A stretch of 60,252 nucleotides of DNA. Origin: a virus (lineage: Duplodnaviria > Caudoviricetes). Below are positions 23,880-33,199 of the stretch, in pieces. Numbering within the stretch: position 1 is the first letter of the stretch; every line of letters starts with the position of its first letter. The translations under genes and the position numbers were made by a program. The notes beneath the pieces were generated by a model. That model made no database searches. It was not told the DNA's origin and was given only the letters and a program-made list of their open reading frames with translations. The stretch is taken from IMG/VR virus record IMGVR_UViG_3300021599_001627, positions 1-60,252 of that record; one strand, given 5' to 3'.

Positions 23880-25546
23880 GGTGCAAGGCGGGCTTTGTGG
23901 AGACGAGTTGAGGCGTACCAGGCCGCGATGGCTGGTGACCAGGCTTCAAAGTGAGGCCAGATCAGATCGCACATCTGCTGGATTTCCTGCTGGGCGTCGC
24001 GCTTGGAACGCAGGTCCAGAAAATGCATCAGCGCTCGCAGCGAGAAGCTCACTACGAAGTGCTGGCGGATGGCGTAGGGGATGAGGTCGCGGGCATGCTC
24101 TTCTGACATGCCGCGGTCCAGGGCGAGCTTGAAGCGAGCGGCCGAGTCGATGCAGATGATGCGGTCGATCGTCCGCTGGTCCTGCGTGTACTCGTAGCTC
24201 TTACCGTTCCGGTCTCGGTAGGTGCCGACAGGGCGCAGGTAGAAGACTTCTTCCGCGTTTCGGGTGCCGTTGACCACGTCGATGATGCGCTGGCTCGTAT
24301 AGCGGCCAGAGTTGTGTACAACGATGCCATCAGCCACAAAGTTGTGATGCGGGGCCTCCATGGCGATGTCGTATGTCTGGACTGTCCCGGCCGGGCGGAT
24401 TGACAAAATGCGAACAGCATGAGCTGCCAGCCGATGACGGAGCTTGTGACAACGGGGGCACAAGACAACTATGTTGCTCGCGTTCGTTGCCAGATCAGGT
24501 CTTTCCAGTACCGGATAGACGTGGTGACAGTGCAATCTTGAATGAGGTTGTGCGCAATCTTGACAAAGGTGCCCAGCCTTTGCAAGAAGCGTTGGCCGAG
24601 CGTACTTCAACCAGTTGTAGGCGCGCTTCTCTATCGGAAGGTCATCCTTCCACGATGGATGTGACGGGCCTTGGTTGAGCTTCCCCTTTTGGAGGCTGGC
24701 AGCGTGGCGTCGGCGTCGGTCGCGCTCGGTTTCGCTGATGTCCAGTTTTTTACCTTCGTGGGAATAGGGGGGTCGTTTACGCCATGTTAGCCCGTAGTGA
24801 TAACTCCACTTTTTAACGGCTTCTGTAGAGACACCAGCAATCAATGCAACCTCCTTAGGTATTAGCCCCTTGGCGTAATGCCGCTCTAGCCACTCTTTGT
24901 TTTGATAAGTGGTGGGTGCTTTTGCGGTTGCCCTGCCATTCACCATCATAGTTTCACCTTCTTTCAGCTCACCAGCAGTCTTCCAGCCGCCTGGGGTCAA
25001 GACACGGTGCTCTGTTGTGCACCGCAAAACCTTGCCGTCAGCCAGGCTTAGTTCAAGAACTGGCTTGAGGCCACCATTGAAGACGGCAAATATGCGGTTG
25101 ACTACAAACTCGTTTCTTTCTTCGTCTAATGAGCGAAGCCTGAGGGCGCGGACCTTGCCTGGGTCCTCGTTCCAGAGAGCGGCAACCTTTTCAAGCGTTA
25201 CGGTTCCTGTCTTGATGCCATTTTTGTCAACAACGGTTATCTCGGAAGCCTGATCAAGACACTGCACGTCGAAGCTCACGCCGACCCGGTGGGTGCGGGC
25301 CTGCTGCATCACCGAGTGGGGGAACCAGCCCACGTTGAAGCTGATCTGCGGGTGCTCCAGGGGGCCGTAGTGGCCACGCTCGCCGGCGAGGAGGTGCTTG
25401 ACGACGATGGCGCCGCACTCGGCATCGGACGGGGGGTCCTCGTTGAAGACGAAGTTTTCGCTGTAGTCCTGGTGCATTGCCCACCAGATCAGCGTCTGGG
25501 GTGTTTCAGTCCGGGCGAGGACTTCGACCTTGAAATACGGGTCCAT
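23876..25546 (-). CDS. thyX: Flavin-dependent thymidylate synthase ThyX containing an intein
   Basis: GHYGPLEH, QARTHRVGVSFDVQ|SGRY, EEHARDLIP, FLDLRSKRDAQ.EI; start MDPYF at 25546. Confidence 0.93.
   Translation of the reverse strand: MDPYFKVEVLARTETPQTLIWWAMHQDYSENFVFNEDPPSDAECGAIVVKHLLAGERGHYGPLEHPQISFNVGWFPHSVMQQARTHRVGVSFDVQCLDQASEITVVDKNGIKTGTVTLEKVAALWNEDPGKVRALRLRSLDEERNEFVVNRIFAVFNGGLKPVLELSLADGKVLRCTTEHRVLTPGGWKTAGELKEGETMMVNGRATAKAPTTYQNKEWLERHYAKGLIPKEVALIAGVSTEAVKKWSYHYGLTWRKRPPYSHEGKKLDISETERDRRRRHAASLQKGKLNQGPSHPSWKDDLPIEKRAYNWLKYARPTLLAKAGHLCQDCAQPHSRLHCHHVYPVLERPDLATNASNIVVLCPRCHKLRHRLAAHAVRILSIRPAGTVQTYDIAMEAPHHNFVADGIVVHNSGRYTSQRIIDVVNGTRNAEEVFYLRPVGTYRDRNGKSYEYTQDQRTIDRIICIDSAARFKLALDRGMSEEHARDLIPYAIRQHFVVSFSLRALMHFLDLRSKRDAQQEIQQMCDLIWPHFEAWSPAIAAWYASTRLHKARLAP
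24311..25261 (-). mobile_element. Intein (317 aa) with HNH-type homing endonuclease
   Basis: Starts CLDQASEI; block B CTTEHRVLTPGGW; ends TYDIAM..PHHNFVADGIVVHN/S; internal CQDC..LHCHH..NIVVLCPRCH. Confidence 0.93.
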
Positions 25547-25782
25547 CAGCCTTTGCGGTACACGATTGGACGGGATGAGCACTCGATCTGTGCCACACGC
25601 CAGGTACGGCCCGCGGGATCGAGCAGCGTGTAATGCGGGAAGCCCAGCCAGAGCTCACCACTGACCACCTTGAAGGTCTCGTCGAAGCCACGACCTCGGA
25701 CGTAGACGCTGTTACCTAGGCGGAAGCGCCAGGGGTGGGTGAGGCGCTCTTCGAACTCGGGAACGTGAGGGTGCGGTGTCAT
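25546..25782 (-). CDS. Hypothetical protein
   Basis: ORF track; coupled overlaps. Confidence 0.65.
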   Translation of the reverse strand: MTPHPHVPEFEERLTHPWRFRLGNSVYVRGRGFDETFKVVSGELWLGFPHYTLLDPAGRTWRVAQIECSSRPIVYRKG

Positions 25783-26354
25783 GACGCAAGCTCGGGGGTG
25801 GTGATGTCGATGACACGGCGCACCGACTGGTACAGGTCGATCAACGTGCCGTTATTCGTCAGGCGGCGGTCGAAGTAGGGGAAGTCGTCGAGCGACCCCT
25901 CGCTGGCGTGGCTGGTGTGACGTCGAGTGCCAGGCCGAGTGACGAGCCAGAGCTCACCGCCAAGCTCGCGGATGGCTTCAGCCTCGTTGGGGAAGCGCAC
26001 GTCGTCGCAGATCACGGGCAGGTCGGAGGTCAGGTAGTACTTGACATTGCGCTTCCAGCACTTGACCCACACATCGGGGCTGATGCATTCGCGACCCCAC
26101 TCGGTGCCAAGGGTCTGCAGCAAGTGGCGAGGACTCACACCGAGCTCGGGGATAACGCGTTCTTTCTGCGCTGGGGTCAGCAGGTCGTCGACTTGGTCGT
26201 ACGTGTAACCGGCGTGTGTCAGAAAGCTGCGAACCATCGCCTTCAGTGGCGAGGCGAAACTGACTGTGCGGTAGCCGTAGGTGCTCAGGTACGACGCGAT
26301 GCTGGACTTGCCGGACTGAGGAGCAGAGCTGTAGAGACCAATCAGGCGTGGCAT
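25779..26354 (-). CDS. Deoxynucleoside monophosphate kinase
   Basis: SGKS, FA.PLK, SPRHLLQTLGTEWGR, DDVRFPNE, HASE. Confidence 0.9.
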   Translation of the reverse strand: MPRLIGLYSSAPQSGKSSIASYLSTYGYRTVSFASPLKAMVRSFLTHAGYTYDQVDDLLTPAQKERVIPELGVSPRHLLQTLGTEWGRECISPDVWVKCWKRNVKYYLTSDLPVICDDVRFPNEAEAIRELGGELWLVTRPGTRRHTSHASEGSLDDFPYFDRRLTNNGTLIDLYQSVRRVIDITTPELAS

Positions 26355-26359
26355 GACAA

Positions 26360-26755
26360 TCAGGGTTGCTTGAAAAACGGTTCGAGAATGTCGGGCGAGA
26401 GAAGGCCGATGAAGGACAAGTGCATGCAGTGCCCGGCGCGGCGGTAAATCTCAGGAGGGCCGCCGCTCTCGGGGTCACCAAGCAGCGTCCACAGGAGGTT
26501 GCCCAGCTCCGTCGCGATGCGGTCCGCGTTATCGGGCTCGATGAACAGGGCTGTCACTGCGTGCAACGTCTGTTCAGCCAGCATCTCGGGGATGATTCCG
26601 ATCTCGCTGAGCTCGGCGCGCAAACTCTGCAGGGCCAAGGAGTTGGGTGCGAGCACTGCCTCGACGCTGATTTCGCGGGCCATCGCCATCTGACCGATCA
26701 ATGAGCCCGCTAAGGCTGAGGTCAGGTAGTCCTGCACAGCAGTTCTGGCAGTCAT
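26360..26755 (-). CDS. Hypothetical protein
   Basis: Start MTARTAV at 26755 (TGATG coupling). Confidence 0.65.
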   Translation of the reverse strand: MTARTAVQDYLTSALAGSLIGQMAMAREISVEAVLAPNSLALQSLRAELSEIGIIPEMLAEQTLHAVTALFIEPDNADRIATELGNLLWTLLGDPESGGPPEIYRRAGHCMHLSFIGLLSPDILEPFFKQP

Positions 26756-27444
26756 CACTTGTGGCCCCCCTTGCGCTTGCGGGCGAAGGTGAAGCGCTGC
26801 AGTCGGGCCAGAAAATGCTTGTACAGCTGCTCCAGGGCGCGAGCGTCGAGGGTCTCGATCTGCGGTGCGCTGTCGGCTATGGCGATGACGATCTTGGCCT
26901 GGGTAATGTTCAGACCCATGTGGCCGTAGACGTAGTTCGCAGCAGCGACGTATGCCGCACACTGCAGCGAGTACTCGTAGATCTTGTCCGGTTTGCGCGG
27001 GCTGTCTGCCGTTTTCCAGTCGCACAAAGTCGGCTGAGCGCCGTCCTCGGGGAGATAGCAGATGGCGTCGAGCGTGCCGGCAAAACCGTCCTTATGCCAG
27101 ACCGCGCCGATGGAGTGAATGAAGCCTTGGGTCGACTTCCAGTACGGCGTCGTGGCCACGCTGTACTCGGGTTCGCTGCCGTCGGTCAGGTAGCGCTCGA
27201 TGTTCAGGTGGTGGCCGTTGCCGCGGAAACAGGCGTACGAGCTGATGAAGTCAGCGCGCTCGGCACCGACGGATTCGCGCCAGAGTTCCAGACCGGAGTT
27301 GTCGCGACTGCCCGAGAGGATGGTGGTAACGCTGTGCAGGCTGCCGGCGGGCGTGCTGTACAGACGTTCGTCGCCCTCGTGGGAGCGGACCGGCTCGTAC
27401 CGGGGCAGAAAGGGGACGCGCCCATCAACGAGTGCGGATGTCAT
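26755..27444 (-). CDS. PD-(D/E)XK exonuclease (RecB/Cas4/MGME1-like)
   Basis: SVTTIL, RG...H..IE.YL, AGTLD, DWKT, Y.LQ.AAY. Confidence 0.85.
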   Translation of the reverse strand: MTSALVDGRVPFLPRYEPVRSHEGDERLYSTPAGSLHSVTTILSGSRDNSGLELWRESVGAERADFISSYACFRGNGHHLNIERYLTDGSEPEYSVATTPYWKSTQGFIHSIGAVWHKDGFAGTLDAICYLPEDGAQPTLCDWKTADSPRKPDKIYEYSLQCAAYVAAANYVYGHMGLNITQAKIVIAIADSAPQIETLDARALEQLYKHFLARLQRFTFARKRKGGHK

Positions 27445-27688
27445 GCGAGTAATCGATACCTGGCTGGGGTAGGAGCAGGTCGTTGGGCTCGCACTCGAAG
27501 AGGCCGAGAAGGGCGACGAATACTTCGGGGTCGAGGTAGCGGCTGCGGGCGAACCGAATGCGGTTCAGGGTGTTGGCGGTGAGGCCGAGCTTGCTGGCAA
27601 GGGCATGGGACGGGATGCCCCGCTTCACCGCTAAAAGCTCGATGTTCCGGGCGTAGATCCGGAGCAGGGGTGGGATGACTGATTCCAT
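27425..27688 (-). CDS. Cro/C1-type HTH transcriptional regulator
   Basis: LASKLGLTANTLNRI...L..LFECEPNDLL. Confidence 0.75.
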   Translation of the reverse strand: MESVIPPLLRIYARNIELLAVKRGIPSHALASKLGLTANTLNRIRFARSRYLDPEVFVALLGLFECEPNDLLLPQPGIDYSHDIRTR

Positions 27689-27699
27689 TGTGGTTCGGG

Positions 27700-27725
27700 A
27701 AAAAGGGGCGGTTACAAGCCGCCCC
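27700..27725 (-). terminator. Intrinsic terminator after ssb
   Basis: GGGGCGG-CTTGTAA-CCGCCCC-TTTTT. Confidence 0.8.
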
Positions 27726-27743
27726 GCTCCGGAACTGGATAGA

Positions 27744-28286
27744 TCAGGCCGAAGCTTCGGCGAAGGGGTCGTCTCCGTCGAACAGGGCCTGGAGGTTGAT
27801 GCGAACGCCGTCTTTCTCGTACGCAGCCTGGATGTCCTTGGCAACAGGACGGGGCGGAGCAGCGAGCAGGGTGTACTCGGTCTTCATGCCCTCGCCGGTT
27901 TTGCTGATCTTGATGTCGTACTGCGTGGCGTCGCCGTACTCGTCGTCCTTGACGTACTTGAAGAGCTGTTCCATCAGCGTCTTCTGCGTCATCTGCAGGA
28001 TCTTGAAGTCCTGAGAGGAGTAGTCGTAAACGACGATGGCAATAAAGCGCTTCAGCGGGGTCTGACCTTCGCGGACCTTGATGTTGGTGGGCAGCTCTGA
28101 AGGCTTGAGCTCCCAGCGGACGGGCTTGTTCTCATCGGTCCAGCCCTCAAAGCCGCTAACGCCGGTACCGAAGAAGCGCAGGCGGATCTCGCCCTCGATC
28201 TTGGACGGGTTGACGTAGCGACCAGAGCCAGAGGACTCCTTGAGGATCTCGTCGATCAGGTCAGCGGAAAGGAATGTGGCAGTCAT
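27744..28286 (-). CDS. Putative single-stranded DNA-binding protein
   Basis: VYDY....KIL..TQKT, YDIKISKTGEG.KTEY, acidic C-terminus LFDGDDPF; next to the exonuclease. Confidence 0.7.
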   Translation of the reverse strand: MTATFLSADLIDEILKESSGSGRYVNPSKIEGEIRLRFFGTGVSGFEGWTDENKPVRWELKPSELPTNIKVREGQTPLKRFIAIVVYDYSSQDFKILQMTQKTLMEQLFKYVKDDEYGDATQYDIKISKTGEGMKTEYTLLAAPPRPVAKDIQAAYEKDGVRINLQALFDGDDPFAEASA

Positions 28287-28513
28287 GGCAGGGTGTCAAT
28301 CAAAAGAGGTGACGTAAGCCGATCAGCGGCAATGGCAGTCGCAATGGCATGGTTCCGAATGACCTGCTCGCAGATCTCGGAGGGAGAGGTGCCGGTGCGT
28401 TGTGCCAGGTCGACGAGGTGTTGGTGCGCCGTGTCTGTGAGGTACAGATGGCGCTTGCGCTTCCGCTCGCCATAGAGGAGATGGGGAGTGCCCAAACCGG
28501 GGGGTCGACTCAC
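28283..28513 (-). CDS. Ribbon-helix-helix DNA-binding protein
   Basis: YGERK.KRHLYLTDTA...L...A...G.S.SE..EQ.IR. Confidence 0.7.
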   Translation of the reverse strand: MSRPPGLGTPHLLYGERKRKRHLYLTDTAHQHLVDLAQRTGTSPSEICEQVIRNHAIATAIAADRLTSPLLIDTLP

Positions 28514-28583
28514 GCCACCCTAGGCGTGAACGGGGAAGGCGTCAACCGATTCAGGTTGACCAATTTGGAAGAAATACCAGTGG

Positions 28584-28940
28584 TCAGCGCCGCGCTGCAA
28601 GTCGGGCGCAAACGCGCTGCCGGATGGCGCCGAGTTCGGGGTAGTCGTAGACCGCGCCGGCGATGCTGAGACTGACGTAGCCATGGGCGCGGTAGACAGG
28701 GACGACAGGGGGTTCGCCGCCTTCGTACGTGGCCTGACGCAGAAGCTCGGCGTAAGGATGCAGGTACTCCAGCTGAGCCGATTCGCAGCGCACGGGAAAG
28801 TAGCCGCTCAGCTCGTCCTCCTCGCAAATCAGCCTGACTTCGCGTGTGTAGCTGTTGTTACTGATCTTTATCGCGACCAATGTTGCGTACTCCCAGCTGA
28901 TGGTCTCGTAGCTGGTGGGGAAGTGGGTCGCGATCTGCAC
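28584..28940 (-). CDS. Hypothetical protein
   Basis: 118-aa ORF in operon orientation. Confidence 0.6.
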   Translation of the reverse strand: MQIATHFPTSYETISWEYATLVAIKISNNSYTREVRLICEEDELSGYFPVRCESAQLEYLHPYAELLRQATYEGGEPPVVPVYRAHGYVSLSIAGAVYDYPELGAIRQRVCARLAARR

Positions 28941-29030
28941 TAAAGGCGGTGCAATGTTGCTGCAATGTACCGGCGCTAACGCTGGCAGGTTTCGTTGGCA
29001 ACACTACTTGTAGTGATTTGCTAACATTGC

Positions 29031-29695
29031 TCAAACGTCAATGGTCCTGAGCAGGGTTTCCTCGTCCTCGGGGCCGCCGAGACTCGCCGTAAACGCAGTG
29101 ATAGCAGGCAGTTCGCGCTGTAGCTCGTTCGGGTTCCACTGGCTGCGGTTCTGAATCACAGCGACGAGCTGAGATACCCGATCGGGCTCGCGGACCGGGT
29201 AATGGGTGCAAATAATGCTGTCCAGCTCCTCGATGATGTCGTGACCCGAGGTGATCAGCAGGCGGCGGATCAGCTTCGCCCAGTTCGCCGTCACAGTGGA
29301 AGCGTGGTCGTCCGTGAAGAAGCGCGTCGTGACGTCAACGTCCCTGGGAACGCGGGCGCCGCAGAAGTGGAGCCGGGTAGTAGGAGCTTCTCTGTGGCGT
29401 AGCGGTGCAGATAGAAGTTCAGCCGCTCGATCGCCATGAAGGTGCGGGGGCCAGGGCTGAGGAGCTTGCCGTGGCGCAGGCCGCTGATCTGGGAGGAGTG
29501 CAGCCAGCCCTTGCCGCCGGGGAGCTGCAGGCAGCCCGCGGCCAGCTGAACCATCACCGGGTGGGACCAGGCGTTGGTGTCCATCCACTTGGTGAACAGG
29601 AAGGAAAAATCCAGCACCCCTCTCTCGAACTGGTCACGGATGGTCGCGTCTGGGCCTAGCCCGCAGTACGGCGCAAGCGTTGCTGGATGGGTCAC
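29031..29695 (-). pseudogene. Frameshifted repressor-like (HTH) gene
   Basis: N-half (...WLHSSQISGLRHGKLLSPGPRTF...LLPGSTS) and C-half (FCGARVP...LLRTIDV) are in different frames, joining at ~29365; divergent from the primase gene. Confidence 0.65.
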
Positions 29696-29843
29696 AGGGC
29701 GTCCCTAGCGTGTTGGGCGACGTCCCAAACATAAAAGAGACAGAAGCGTTTTCGCTACTACATAAGGTTTCTTGCACCTTTTAGTCATTGTCCAGCTTTG
29801 GTTGCGCCGGTAGCGTGACCGGGGCCGGTTGGCCCGGCGCATG

Positions 29844-29867
29844 AAAAAGGGGGCCGATCTGCCCCCT
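29844..29867 (-). terminator. Hairpin plus T-tract (minus strand)
   Basis: AGGGGGC-AGATCG-GCCCCCT-TTTT. Confidence 0.6.
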
Positions 29868-29895
29868 CATGCACCTATAACGCTGCTGAATTTAC

Positions 29896-32829
29896 ATGCT
29901 TGCTTCACAGTCCGCAAGCCTTCCCCCTGACGACCTCAGCGGAAAGGCGATCGATCTGCTGCGTCGTGGCGTCTTCCCCCGCTGGTGGCGCTTTGTGCCG
30001 GTGCACGGCAAGGACACCTACGTCGAGGAATGGCAGAACCGGCCGCTCACCGCCGAGATGTGCATCGAGGCGTACAAGGCCAAGCACTGCTACCGCGGTA
30101 TCGGCGTCGTCACTGGCGAGCACTCGCAGGGCCTGATCGCCCTCGACGTGGATGGTCCGACGGCCGATGAGCGTTACAAGGCCATCGCTGGTGACGAGTA
30201 CGAGCCCTACGGCGAGGAACGCACCATGGCCTGGACCTCGGGGAGGCCGGGGCGCAGGCAGCTCATCTACCAAGTGCCGCGGCAGCTGATTCCGGAGCTG
30301 GACAGCGTCACCAGGCTCAAGCTGACGCTTGATGGCACCTGGCGCCGCGGCTCCAAGGCCAAGGAGCAAGCCGCGGGCCTGGAGCAGAAGGCTCTGGTCG
30401 AGGGCGACCCCGAGTACGAGGAGGTCGTGCTCCGCTTCAACAAGAGTCAGAGCGTGTTGCCGGGCTCGCCACATCCGGATACCGGTGGGCGCTACCACTT
30501 CCTCAATTACAACCAGGGCAGGGTCGAGCCGGCACCGGGCTGGGTGCTCGATGCCCTGCGGCCGTTCCGCAAGCCGGTCCAGTGGCTGCCGGATTCGGTG
30601 CAGCAGGAGCTGGATGCCGAGCTCGGGGGGCAGACCGTGTTGCCGCCCAGGCAGATCCGCGGCTGGTTCTTCAAGGAGGAGGTGCAGGCCAAGCTGCGGC
30701 CTCGGCTGGCGGATCTCGTCTTCCGTCACGAGGCGTTTGAGCGGTACGGCTGGAAGGAGCGCGGCGGTGACAACCCGCAGATGATGTCCGGCTGCCCGTG
30801 GCACGGCGGCAAGAGCGGCACCAGCTTCCAGTTCTCCATGCAGAGCGGCTGCTGGGACTGCAAGGCGTGCGAGGTCGGTGGTGACCTGCTCGACTTCATC
30901 CACAAGATCAAGGTCGACAACCTCTATGCCGGCAAGCCCACCGGGGCAGATCTGGAGAAGTACGTCGCCGACCTCGCGGGGGAGATTGGCTTCAACTACC
31001 CCGAGGACGCCAGGGCCCAGGTCACCAAGGAGGTGCCGCGGCTCGTCATGAACGCCAGGGACTTCCACGAGGCCCTGATCAAGATCCACGACGAGGAGAT
31101 GAACCCCGCGCTGCGGGTGGCCCGGATGGCCGAGCTCGCGGCTGAGACGGGGCGGCGCCTCACCGGGTCGCAGTGCCTCGCGGCGATGGAGGAGTACCGC
31201 TACTACGAGGACTCACGCCGGCAGAACGAGAAGAAGCACTGGTGGCAGGACGTGGAGCGCATGCAGTTCCTCGTGCCCAACCTGCTGATGAAGCCCACCC
31301 AGGTGATGCTTCACGCTGCTGGCGGTCTCGGCAAGACGTCGGCCTGCATGGGCCTGGCCACCGCCGTGGGGCGCGGCACTCCGATGCGGATCCGCGGCAT
31401 TGAGCTGCCGGTCAAGCAGGGCCCGGTGCTCTGGATCCAGAACGACCAGAACCCGGCCAAGCTTTTGCAGGACTGCGAGGACAACGGCATCGATCCGGCC
31501 AGCGATAGCTGGTTCATCGTCAAGCGTGGCTTCCAGATCAACCACACCCACGAGTTCGCCGAGTGGATCCGGCAGTACAAGCCCGCTCTCGTGGTGGTGG
31601 ACTCGATCGGCTCCTGCAGCACCAAGATGCAGTGCGAGGAGAAGGACAAGGGTTTCGCGAGCCCCTTTTATTACTACGCAGAGAAGAACGGGGATCCGGG
31701 CTCTGATGGGTTTCCTCCGACCTCGATCATCTGGATCCACCATGACAACGCCAATGGGGAGGCCAGGGGGACGCGTTACCTCGTGGCGGCGGTCGATGAG
31801 CAGTGGCACCTCAGGACGCTCTCGGAGGATGAGCGGGAGGCGCTGAGGGAGCGGCGGCGTAGTCCAAGTAACTGCCGCATGATCCAGATCAAGAAGTCAC
31901 GCCTGGGGCGGCAGGGTGACCTGCTGGTGGTCGAGCGGGACCACGACTTTGCGTACTCGGTGTGGGACTACACCCCGACGGAGCGGCGCGAGGACCAGGG
32001 GCAGGGTGATCCGGAGCCGAACACCATGGCGCTGCGCATCGTCAAGGACCGGGTGCTGAAGGCTCGGGGTGAGGAGGGCGACGGGAACGACCGGATCACA
32101 GCCAAGGAGGTGTGGGAGCGCCTGGTCGGCGAGATGGGTGGCCAAGGCAGGCAGGCTCCGTCGAGCAGGACCGTGAAGCGGTGGCTGGATCGGTGGGTGA
32201 CGAACGGGGTGCTGAAGGAGGGGAAAAAGCGGATCGTGGCTGGCTCTAAGGCGCCGGTGTCCTCCTACACACTCCCTACCACCACCTCCTCGCGTGCGTT
32301 GCCTGCTGGGGAGTGTCCTTTGATCATCGTTCCTCCAAAACCCTTGCAGGAACAGGAAATAACGATGGACACAGCTCCATCCCCCGAGTACGATGTCCAT
32401 CGTTCTGAAGACGTTCAACCTGTTCCCGAGAACGATGGACACCAACCAGATGCGGAAAAGGATGTCCATCGTTTTTCTTCAGTCGTAGCAGTCGATCTCA
32501 GGGAACGAGGAACAACGGACACTTCCACGCGGGGTAAGAAGGAGCCCGATGGACTGCGAGGACCAGATGCAACAGCGATGGCTCCCGAGCTCGGAGAAGG
32601 CGTGCAAGCGCCTGGCGACGTGGGAGCGGAAGTTCCGGGAGGCCAAGACTCCGGGCGGCCGGCACTGGGCGATGACTCACATCTGGCGGTGCTCGACGGA
32701 CAACCATCCGATCGTCCAGCTGTGGTTGAACCGCGATCCTCGGTTCAACGACATGACGTGGACCTTCCCGTCCTGACGGAGTGGCAGGAGACGCCAGAGG
32801 ACTGGGAGCGTTTTGGTGACCAGTGGTAA
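29896..32829 (+). CDS. Primase-polymerase / Zn-finger / AAA helicase replication protein
   Basis: Prim-Pol IGVVTG..S.GLIALDVDG and SVLPGSPHPDTG; CHC2 finger CPWH...WDCKAC..GGD; Walker A AAGGLGKT; Walker B VVVDS; IHHDN. Confidence 0.92.
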   Translation: MLASQSASLPPDDLSGKAIDLLRRGVFPRWWRFVPVHGKDTYVEEWQNRPLTAEMCIEAYKAKHCYRGIGVVTGEHSQGLIALDVDGPTADERYKAIAGDEYEPYGEERTMAWTSGRPGRRQLIYQVPRQLIPELDSVTRLKLTLDGTWRRGSKAKEQAAGLEQKALVEGDPEYEEVVLRFNKSQSVLPGSPHPDTGGRYHFLNYNQGRVEPAPGWVLDALRPFRKPVQWLPDSVQQELDAELGGQTVLPPRQIRGWFFKEEVQAKLRPRLADLVFRHEAFERYGWKERGGDNPQMMSGCPWHGGKSGTSFQFSMQSGCWDCKACEVGGDLLDFIHKIKVDNLYAGKPTGADLEKYVADLAGEIGFNYPEDARAQVTKEVPRLVMNARDFHEALIKIHDEEMNPALRVARMAELAAETGRRLTGSQCLAAMEEYRYYEDSRRQNEKKHWWQDVERMQFLVPNLLMKPTQVMLHAAGGLGKTSACMGLATAVGRGTPMRIRGIELPVKQGPVLWIQNDQNPAKLLQDCEDNGIDPASDSWFIVKRGFQINHTHEFAEWIRQYKPALVVVDSIGSCSTKMQCEEKDKGFASPFYYYAEKNGDPGSDGFPPTSIIWIHHDNANGEARGTRYLVAAVDEQWHLRTLSEDEREALRERRRSPSNCRMIQIKKSRLGRQGDLLVVERDHDFAYSVWDYTPTERREDQGQGDPEPNTMALRIVKDRVLKARGEEGDGNDRITAKEVWERLVGEMGGQGRQAPSSRTVKRWLDRWVTNGVLKEGKKRIVAGSKAPVSSYTLPTTTSSRALPAGECPLIIVPPKPLQEQEITMDTAPSPEYDVHRSEDVQPVPENDGHQPDAEKDVHRFSSVVAVDLRERGTTDTSTRGKKEPDGLRGPDATAMAPELGEGVQAPGDVGAEVPGGQDSGRPALGDDSHLAVLDGQPSDRPAVVEPRSSVQRHDVDLPVLTEWQETPEDWERFGDQW
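32361..32522. repeat. Alternating inverted repeats, putative replication origin inside the primase 3' end
   Basis: AACGATGGACAC at 32361 and 32431; GATGTCCATCGTT at 32392 and 32461; partial AACGGACAC at 32514. Confidence 0.7.
32549..32776 (+). CDS. Possible overprinted gene within the primase tail
   Basis: 75-aa ORF in another frame, preceded by AAGGAG; protein-like composition. Confidence 0.45.
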   Translation: MDCEDQMQQRWLPSSEKACKRLATWERKFREAKTPGGRHWAMTHIWRCSTDNHPIVQLWLNRDPRFNDMTWTFPS

Positions 32830-32975
32830 CCAGTACCTGAACCGCGACTAGGCTGACCAGAGCAGGGCAAGGGGAGGGGCCGGTCAACCCCCTTCCCCCT
32901 GCGTCACCACCGTTCGCCGCTGGTGGCCGCGTGGCTCTGGAACTCGGAGCCCGCTGGAGCAAGCCTACTGGTCGC

Positions 32976-33176
32976 TCACTCGTAAGGGCAGTAACTGCAC
33001 CGTTCTCGGGTGATGTCCTTCAGTCCCTGCTCCATCAACTGGCAGATCAATGCCTTTGCACTGAAATGACCTTTGATCAGGGAGCGGGCCAAGTTTTTCA
33101 ACTCAGCGATGTCAGCGCAGTCGTCGATCTGCCTGATAGCTGACTCCTCCGCGAATTTCAGCGAGAGGTTGTCCAT
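32976..33176 (-). CDS. NblA-like small helical protein (phycobilisome-degradation adaptor candidate)
   Basis: LSLKFAEESAIRQI..C.D..ELKNL..SL...HF..K.LI.QLM fits NblA length and helix-loop-helix pattern. Confidence 0.45.
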   Translation of the reverse strand: MDNLSLKFAEESAIRQIDDCADIAELKNLARSLIKGHFSAKALICQLMEQGLKDITRERCSYCPYE

Positions 33177-33199
33177 CCACCTACAGCCGTTACTTCACA

